Shown piece after piece: positions 1 through 8,065 of a DNA stretch of 17,670 bases. This DNA is from Macrostomum lignano (Eukaryota), in the NCBI GenBank assembly GCA_002269645.1, contig NIVC01003951.1, forward strand, positions 1 through 17,670, in the 5' to 3' direction. The notes beneath the pieces are model-generated. The model worked only from the letters and a program-made list of their open reading frames with translations, had not been told where the DNA came from and did no database searches. A program made the position numbers and the translations under genes. Position 1 is the stretch's first letter. Every line of letters begins with the position of its first letter.

Positions 1-74
1 CTACTGAGAGCCAAAGCCTCAAACAGACTTGAGAGAGGCGTTCAGTTGTGTCTGTAGGTTATGTGGACACCTAA
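1..74. repeat. Partial A*A' module (tail of A* plus A' at 8-74), left haplotype
   Basis: Starts with ctactga (A* end), then gagccaaagcc...cacctaa. It has several private differences. Confidence 0.9.
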
Positions 75-552
75 GAGCCAGAGCCTCAAACAGACAGAGA
101 AATCTGTTCGAGTTGTGTCTGTAGGTTAGGTGGACCAGCTATTCTACAGCACTTCTAGGCGATAATCTGAGCAGAATCTCCGAGAGCCTCTCGTTACACA
201 TCCAGATGTTCTGCCTTGATGCTGGACTAGCCTCACTTTCTAGGAATCTGTTCTGATTGCATTCTAACAAACTGAAGCATTCTCGGCACTAAACTTTCTC
301 GGCGGCTCTGAGATCCAGAGCCTCAAGACAGACAGAGAAATCTGATCGAGTTGTGTCTGTAGGTTAGGTGGACCAGCTACTCCACAGCACTTCTAGGCGA
401 CAATCTGAGCCAGGAATCTCCGAGAGCCTCTCTTTACACATCCAGATGTTCTGCCTTGATGCTGGACTAGCTCACTTTCTAAGGAATCTGTTCTGATTGC
501 ATTCTAACAAACTGAAGCATTCTCGGCACTAAACTTTCTCGGCGGCTCTGGA

Positions 553-702
553 GAGCCAGAGCCTTAAACAGACAGAGAAAGACAGAGAAATCTGTTCGAG
601 TGTGTCTGTAGGTTAGGTGGACCAGCCTACTGAGAGCCAAAGCCTCAAACAGACTGAGAGAGCTGCTTCAGTTGTGTCTGTAGGTTTATGTGGACCACCT
701 AA
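553..702. repeat. A*A' module, left haplotype, with a 10-bp internal duplication
   Basis: A* 553-633 (ends ccagcctactga; gacagagaaa doubled at 571-590); A' 634-702. Confidence 0.93.
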
Positions 703-1174
703 GAGCCAGAGCCTCAAACAGACAGAGAAATCTGTTCGAGTTGTGTCTGTAGGTTAGGTGGACCAGCTACTCCAAGCACTTCTAGGCGATAATCTGAGCC
801 AGGAATCTCCGAGAGCCTCTCGTTACACATCCAGATTTCTACCTTGATGCTGGACTAGCTCACTTTCTAGGAATCTGTTCTGATTGCATTCTAACAAACT
901 GAAGCATTCTCGGCACTAAACTTTCTCGGCGGCTCTGAGAGCCAGAGCCTCAAACAGACAGAGAAATCTGTTCGAGTTGTGTCTGTAGGTTAGGTGGACC
1001 AGCTACTACAGCACTTCTAGGCGATAATCTGAGCCAGGAATCTCCGAGAGCCTCTCGTTACACATCCAGATGTTCTGCCTTGATGCTGGACTAGCTCACT
1101 TTCTAGGAATCTGTTCTGATTGCATTCTAACAAACTGAAGCATTCTCTGCACTAAACTTTCTCGGCGGCTCTGA

Positions 1175-1312
1175 GAGCCAGAGCCTCAAACAGACAGAGA
1201 AATCTGTTCGAGTTGTGTCTGTAGGTTAGGTGGACCAGCTACTGAGAGCCAAAGCCTCAAACAGTCTGAGAGAGCTGCTTCAGTTGTGTCTGTAGGTTAG
1301 TGGACCACCTAA
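1175..1312. repeat. A*A' module, left haplotype
   Basis: A* 1175-1245 ends ggaccagctactga; A' 1246-1312. Confidence 0.95.
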
Positions 1313-1787
1313 GAGCCAGAGCCTCAAACAGACAGAGAAATCTGTTCGAGTTGTGTCTGTAGGTTAGGTGGACCAGCTACTCCACAGCACTTCTAGGCGA
1401 TAATCTGAGCCAGGATCTCCGAGAGACTTTCGTTACACATCCAGATGTTCTGCCTTGATGCTGGACTAGCTCACTTTCTAGGAATCTGTTCTGATTGCAT
1501 TCTAACAAACTGAAGCATTCTCGGCACTAAACTTTCTCGGCGGCTCTGAGAGCCAGAGCCTCAAACAGACAGAGAAATCTGTTCGAGTTGTGTCTGTAGG
1601 TTAGGTGGACCAGCTACTCCACAGCACTTCTAGGCGATAATCTGAGCCAGGAGTCTCCGAGAGACTTTCGTTACACATCCAGATGTTCTGCCTTGATGCT
1701 GGACTAGCTCACTTTCTAGGAATCTGTTCTGATTGCATTCTAACAAACTGAAGCATTCTCGGCACTAAACTTTCTCGGCGGCTCTGA

Positions 1788-2025
1788 GAGCCAGAGCCTC
1801 AAACAGACAGAGAAATCTGTTCGAGTTGTGTCTGTAGGTTAGGTGGACCAGCTACTCCAAAGCACTTCTAGGCGATAATCTGAGCCAGGAGTCTCCGAGA
1901 GCCTCTCGTTACACATCCAGATGTTCTGCCTTGATGCTGGACTAGCTCACTTTCTAGGAATCTGTTCTGATTGCATTCTAACAAACTGAAGCATTCTCGG
2001 CACTAAACTTTCTCGGCGGCTCTGA
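1788..2025. repeat. Representative 238-bp monomer (A segment ~1788-1854, B segment ~1855-2025)
   Basis: Bounded by identical gagccagagcctcaaacag starts at 1788 and 2026. 115 of 238 bases are G+C in the consensus and there are 7 CpG sites (hand count). Confidence 0.97.
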
Positions 2026-2501
2026 GAGCCAGAGCCTCAAACAGACAGAGAAATCTGTTCGAGTTGTGTCTGTAGGTTAGGTGGACCAGCTACTCCAAAG
2101 CACTTCTAGGCGATAATCTGAGCCAGGAATCTCCGAGAGCCTCTCGTTACACATCCAGATGTTCTACCTTGATGCTGGACTAGCTCACTTTCTAGGAATC
2201 TGTTCTGATTGCATTCTAACAAACTGAAGCATTTTCTGCACTAAACTTTCTCGGCGGCTCTGAGAGCCAGAGCCTCAAACAGACAGAGAAATCTGTTCGA
2301 GTTGTGTCTGTAGGTTAGGTGGACCAGCTATTCTACAGCACTTCTAGGCGATAATCTGAGCCAGGAATCTCCAAGAGCCTCTCGTTACACATCCAGATGT
2401 TCTGCCTTGATGCTGGACTAGCTCACTTTCTAGGAATCTGTTCTGATTGCATTCTAACAAACTGAAGCATTCTCGGCACTAAACTTTCTCGGCGGCTCTG
2501 A

Positions 2502-2640
2502 GAGCCAGAGCCTCAAACAGACAGAGAAATCTGTTCGAGTTGTGTCTGTAGGTTAGGTGGACCAGCTACTGAGAGCCAAAGCCTCAAACAGACTGAGAGA
2601 GCTGCTTCAGTTGTGTCTGTAGGTTAGGTGGACCACCTAA
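2502..2640. repeat. A*A' module, left haplotype (71+68 = 139 bp)
   Basis: A* 2502-2572; A' 2573-2640. Confidence 0.96.
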
Positions 2641-3823
2641 GAGCCAGAGCCTCAAACAGACAGAGAAATCTGTTCGAGTTGTGTCTGTAGGTTAGGTGGA
2701 CCAGCTACTCCACAGCACTTCTAGGCGATAATCTGAGCCAGGAGTCTCGAGAGACTTTCGTTACACATCCAGATGTTCTGCCTTGATGCTGGACTAGCTC
2801 ACTTTCTAGGAATCTGTTCTGATTGCATTCTAACAAACTGAAGCATTCTCGGCACTAAACTTTCTCGGCGGCTCTGAGAGCCAGAGCCTCAAACAGACAG
2901 AGAAATCTGTTCGAGTTGTGTCTGTAGGTTAGGTGGACCAGCTATTCTACAGCACTTCTAGGCGATAATCTGAGCCAGGAATCTCCGAGAGCCTCTCGTT
3001 ACACATCCAGATGTTCTGCCTTGATGCTGGACTAGCTCACTTTCTAGGAATCTGTTCTGATTGCATTCTAACAAACTGAAGCATTCTCGGCACTAAACTT
3101 TCTCGGCGGCTCTAAGAGCCAGAGCCTCAAACAGACAGAGAAATCTGTTCGAGTTGTGTCTGTAGGTTAGGTGACCAGCTACTCCACAGCACTTCTAGGC
3201 GATAATCTGAGCCAGGAGTCTCCGAGAGACTTCGTTACACATCCAGATGTTCTGCCTTGATGCTGGACTAGCTCACTTTCTAGGAATCTGTTCTGATTGC
3301 ATTCTAACAAACTGAAGCATTCTCGGCACTAAACTTTCTCGGCGGCTCTGAGAGCCAGAGCCTCAAACAGACAGAGAAATCTGTTCGAGTTGTGTCTGTA
3401 GGTTAGGTGGACCAGCTACTCCAAAGCACTTCTAGGCGATAATCTGAGCCAGGAATCTCCGAGAGCCTCTCGTTACACATCCAGATGTTCTGCCTTGATG
3501 CTGGACTAGCTCACTTTCTAGGAATCTGTTCTGATTGCATTCTAACAAACTGAAGCATTTTCTGCACTAAACTTTCTCGGCGGCTCTGAGAGCCAGAGTC
3601 TAAACAGACAGAGAAATCTGTTCGAGTTGTTCTGTAGGTTAGGTGGACCATACTCCACAGCACTTCTAGGCGATAATCTGAGCCAGGAGTCTCCGAGAGA
3701 CTTTCGTTACACATCCAGATGTTCTGCCTTGATGCTGGACTAGCTCACTTTCTAGGAATCTGTTCTGATTGCATTCTAACAAACTGAAGCATTTTCTGCA
3801 CTAAACTTTCTCGGCGGCTCTGA

Positions 3824-3960
3824 GAGCCAGAGCCTAAACAGACAGAGAAATCTGTTCGAGTTGTGTCTGTAGGTTAGGTGGACCAGCTACTGAGAGCCAA
3901 AGCCTCAAACAGACTAAGAGAGCTGCTTCAGTTGTGTCTGTAGGTTATGTGACCACCTAA
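3824..3960. repeat. A*A' module, left haplotype
   Basis: A* 3824-3893 ends ggaccagctactga; A' 3894-3960. Confidence 0.95.
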
Positions 3961-5147
3961 GAGCCAGAGCCCTAAACAGACAGAGAAATCTGTTCGAGTT
4001 GTGTCTGTAGGTTAGGTGGACCAGCTACTCCAAAGCACTTCTAGGCGATAATCTGAGCCAGGAATCTCCGAGAGCCTCTTGTTACACATCCAGATGTTCT
4101 ACCTTGATGCTGGACTAGCTCACTTTCTAGGAATCTGTTCTGATTGCATTCTAACAAACTGAAGCATTTCGGCACTAAACTTTCTCGGCGGCTCTGAGAG
4201 CCAGAGCCTCAAACAGACAGAGAAATCTGTTCGAGTTGTGTCTGTAGGTTAGGTGGACCAGCTACTCCAAAGCACTTCTAGGCGATAATCTGAGCCAGGA
4301 ATCTCCAAGAGCCTCTCGTTACACATCCAGATGTTCTGCCTTGATGCTGGACTAGCTCACTTTCTAGGAATCTGTTCTGATTGCATTCTAACAAACTGAA
4401 GCATTCTCGGCACTAAACTTTCTCGGCGGCTCTGAGAGCCAGAGCCTCAAACAGACAGAGAAATCTGTTCGAGTTGTGTCTGTAGGTTAGGTGGACCAGC
4501 TATTCCAAAGCACTTCTAGGCGATAATCTGAGCCAGGAATCTCCGAGAGCCTCTCGTTACACATCCAGATGTTCTACCTTGATGCTGGACTAGCTCACTT
4601 TCTAGGAATCTGTTCTGATTGCATTCTAACAAACTGAAGCATTTTCTGCACTAAACTTTCTCGGCGGCTCTGAGAGCCAGAGCCTCAAACAGACAGAGAA
4701 ATCTGTTCGAGTTGTGTCTGTAGGTTAGGTGGACCAGCTATTCTACAGCACTTCTAGGCGATAATCTGAGCCAGGAATCTCCGAGAGCCTCTCGTTACAC
4801 ATCCAGATGTTCTGCCTTGATGCTGGACTAGCTCACTTTCTAGGAATCTGTTCTGATTGCATTCTAACAAACTGAAGCATTCTCGGCACTAAACTTTCTC
4901 GGCGGCTCTGAGATCCAGAGCCTCAAACAGACAGAGAAATCTGTTCGAGTTGTGTCTGTAGGTTAGGTGGACCAGATACTCCACAGCACTTCTAGGCGAT
5001 AATCTGAGCCAGGAGTCTCCGAGAGACTTCGTTACACATCCAGATGTTCTGCCTTGATGCTGGACTAGCTCACTTTCTAGGAATCTGTTCTGATTGCATT
5101 CTAACAAACTGAAGCATTTTCTGCACTAAACTTTCTCGGCGGCTCTA

Positions 5148-5285
5148 GAGCCAGAGCCTAAACAGACAGAGAAATCTGTTCGAGTTGTGTCTGTAGGTTA
5201 GGTGGACCACCTTCTGAGAGCCAAAGCCTCAAACAGACTGAGAGAGCTGCTTCAGTTGTGTCTGTAGGTTTATGAGACCACCTAA
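5148..5285. repeat. A*A' module, right haplotype
   Basis: A* 5148-5217 ends ggaccaccttctga; A' 5218-5285. Confidence 0.95.
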
Positions 5286-5761
5286 GAGCCAGAGCCTCAA
5301 ACAGACAGAGAAATCTGTTCGAGTTGTGTCTGTAGGTTAGGTGGACCAGCTACTCCAAAGCACTTCTAGGCGATAATCTGAGCCAGGAATCTCCGAGAGC
5401 CTCTCGTTACACATCCAGATGTTCTGCCTTGATGCTGGACTAGCTCACTTTCTAGGAATCTGTTCTGATTGCATTCTAACAAACTGAAGCATTCTCGGCA
5501 CTAAACTTTCTCGGCGGCTCTGAGAGCCAGAGCCTCAAACAGACAGAGAAATCTGTTCGAGTTGTGTCTGTAGGTTAGGTGGACCAGCTATTCTACAGCA
5601 CTTCTAGGCGATAATCTGAGCCAGGAATCTCCGAGAGACTTTCGTTACACATCCAGATGTTCTGCCTTGATGCTGGACTAGCTCACTTTCTAGGAATCTG
5701 TTCTGATTGCATTCTAACAAACTGAAGCATTTTCTGCACTAAACTTTCTCGGCGGCTCTGA

Positions 5762-5899
5762 GAGCCAGAGCCTAAACAGACAGAGAAATCTGTTCGAGTT
5801 GTGTCTGTAGGTTAGGTGGACCACCTTCTGAGAGCCAAAGCCTCAAACAGACTGAGAGAGCTGCTTCAGTTGTGTCTGTAGGTTATGTGGACCACCTAA
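5762..5899. repeat. A*A' module, right haplotype
   Basis: A* 5762-5831 ends ggaccaccttctga; A' 5832-5899 retains ttatgtgg. Confidence 0.95.
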
Positions 5900-6849
5900 G
5901 AGCCAGAGCCCTAAACAGACAGAGAAATCTGTTCGAGTTGTGTCTGTAGGTTAGGTGGACCAGCTACTCCAAAGCACTTCTAGGCGATAATCTGAGCCAG
6001 GAATCTCCGAGAGCCTCTCGTTACACATCCAGATTTCTACCTTGATGCTGGACTAGCTCACTTTCTAGGAATCTGTTCTGATTGCATTCTAACAAACTGA
6101 AGCATTCTCGCACTAAACTTTCTCGGCGGCTCTGAGAGCCAGAGCCTCAAACAGACAGAGAAATCTGTTCGAGTTGTGTCTGTAGGTTAGGTGGACCAGC
6201 TACTCCAAAGCACTTCTAGGCGATAATCTGAGCCAGGAATCTCCGAGAGCCTCTCGTTACACATCCAGATGTTCTACCTTGATGCTGGACTAGCTCACTT
6301 TCTAGGAATCTGTTCTGATTGCATTCTAACAAACTGAAGCATTTTCTGCACTAAACTTTCTCGGCGGCTCTGAGAGCCAGAGCCTCAAACAGACAGAGAA
6401 ATCTGTTCGAGTTGTGTCTGTAGGTTAGGTGGACCAGCTATTCTACAGCACTTCTAGGCGATAATCTGAGCCAGGAATCTCCGAGAGCCTCTCGTTACAC
6501 ATCCAGATGTTCTGCCTTGATGCTGGACTAGCTCACTTTCTAGGAATCTGTTCTGATTGCATTCTAACAAACTGAAGCATTCTCGGCACTAAACTTTCTC
6601 GGCGGCTCTGAGATCCAGAGCCTCAAACAGACAGAGAAATCTGTTCGAGTTGTGTCTGTAGGTTAGGTGGACCAGCTACTCCACAGCACTTCTAGGCGAT
6701 AATCTGAGCCAGGAGTCTCCGAGAGACTTTCGTTACACATCCAGATGTTCTGCCTTGATGCTGGACTAGCTCACTTTCTAGGAATCTGTTCTGATTGCAT
6801 TCTAACAAACTGAAGCATTTTCTGCACTAAACTTTCTCGGCGGCTCTAA

Positions 6850-6987
6850 GAGCCAGAGCCTTAACAGACAGAGAAATCTGTTCGAGTTGTGTCTGTAGGT
6901 TAGGTGGACCACCTTCTGAGAGCCAAAGCCTCAAACAGACTGAGAGAGCTGATTCAGTTGTGTCTGTAGGTTATGAGGACCACCTAA
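6850..6987. repeat. A*A' module, right haplotype
   Basis: A* 6850-6919; A' 6920-6987 with ttatgagg. Confidence 0.95.
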
Positions 6988-7931
6988 GAGCCAGAGCCTC
7001 AAACAGACAGAGAAATCTGTTCGAGTTGTGTCTGTAGGTTAGGTGGACCAGCTACTCCACAGCACTTCTAGGCGATAATCTGAGCCAGGAGTCTCCGAGA
7101 GACTTTCGTTACACATCCAGATTTCTGCCTTGATGCTGGACTAGCTCACTTTCTAGGAATCTGTTCTGATTGCATTCTAACAAACTGAAGCATTCTCGCA
7201 CTAACTTTCTCGGCGGCTCTGAGAGCCAGAGCCTCAAACAGACAGAGAAATCTGTTCGAGTTGTGTCTGTAGTTAGGTGGACCAGCTATTCTACAGCACT
7301 TCTAGGCGATAATCTGAGCCAGGAATCTCCGAGAGCCTCTCGTTACACATCCAGATGTTCTGCCTTGATGCTGGACTAGCTCACTTTCTAGGAATCTGTT
7401 CTGATGCATTCTAACAAACTGAAGCATTCTCGGCACTAAACTTTCTCGGCGGCTCTGAGAGCCAGAGCCTCAAACAGACAGAGAAATCTGTTCGAGTTGT
7501 GTCTGTAGGTTAGGTGGACCAGCTACTCACAGCACTTCTAGGCGATAATCTGAGCCAGGAATCTCCGAGAGCCTCTCGTTACACATCCAGATGTTCTGCC
7601 TTGATGCTGGACTAGCTCACTTTCTAGGAATCTGTTCTGATTGCATTCTAACAAACTGAAGCATTCTCGGCACTAACTTTCTCGGCGGCTCTGAGAGCCA
7701 GAGCCTCAAACAGACAGAGAAATCTGTTCGAGTTGTGTCTGTAGGTTAGGTGGGACCAGCCTATTCTACAGCACTTCTAGGCGATAATCTGAGCCAGGAA
7801 TCTCCGAGAGCCTCTCGTTACACATCCAGATGTTCTGCCTTGATGCTGGACTAGCTCACTTTCTAGGAATCTGTTCTGATTGCATTCTACAAACTGAAGC
7901 ATTCTCGCACTAAACTTTCTCGGCGGCTCTA

Positions 7932-8065
7932 GAGCCAGAGCCCTCAAACAGACAGAGAAATCTGTTCGAGTTGTGTCTGTAGGTCTAGACCACCTTCTGA
8001 CCTGAGAAGCTCACTTTCTAGGAATTGTTCTGATTCAGGTTCTGAGCATTCTCGGCACACCTGAA
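7932..8065. other. Aberrant 134-bp mosaic unit (A*-like start, then interleaved B and A' fragments)
   Basis: After ...gtctgtaggt it reads ctagaccaccttctgacctgagaagctcactttctaggaattgttctgattcaggttctgagcattctcggcacacctgaa, which occurs nowhere else in the window. Confidence 0.9.

Noticed and set aside
1783-1820. Hammerhead ribozyme (as in newt satellite 2, Schistosoma Sm-alpha and cricket pDo500 satellites), suggested by CTGAGA...GAAA
   Set aside because: The core needs CUGANGA, a stem II closing G-C pair before GAAA, and stem III with UH. The consensus reads CTGAGAG, has no stem II, and has no CUGANGA on the minus strand. CTGAAGA occurs only in three copies (~8061, ~9009, ~17625), which look like indel errors or chimeric sequence. 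An Infernal search with hammerhead covariance models would settle it.
1819-1827. Pol III B-box or tRNA-derived SINE (gttcgagtt)
   Set aside because: It fails the GWTCRANNC consensus at the last base. I found no A-box or cloverleaf.
1836-1846. G-quadruplex at ggttaggtgg
   Set aside because: There are only three GG tracts close together, which is not enough for even a two-tier quadruplex.
1994-2020. CENP-B box
   Set aside because: There is no TTCGnnnnAnnCGGG match on either strand of the consensus.
1855-2025. B segment of about 171 bp as alpha-satellite-like
   Set aside because: This is a length coincidence that depends on where the boundary is drawn. It shows no resemblance to AT-rich alpha satellite.
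1788-2025. Nucleosome arithmetic (167-bp deletion like a chromatosome; 238+139 = 377 like two nucleosomes)
   Set aside because: These are length coincidences without MNase data, and there is no phased A-tract signal.
2502-2640. Module as a transposon or MITE insertion
   Set aside because: It has no terminal inverted repeats or target-site duplication and is made entirely of array-derived A sequence.
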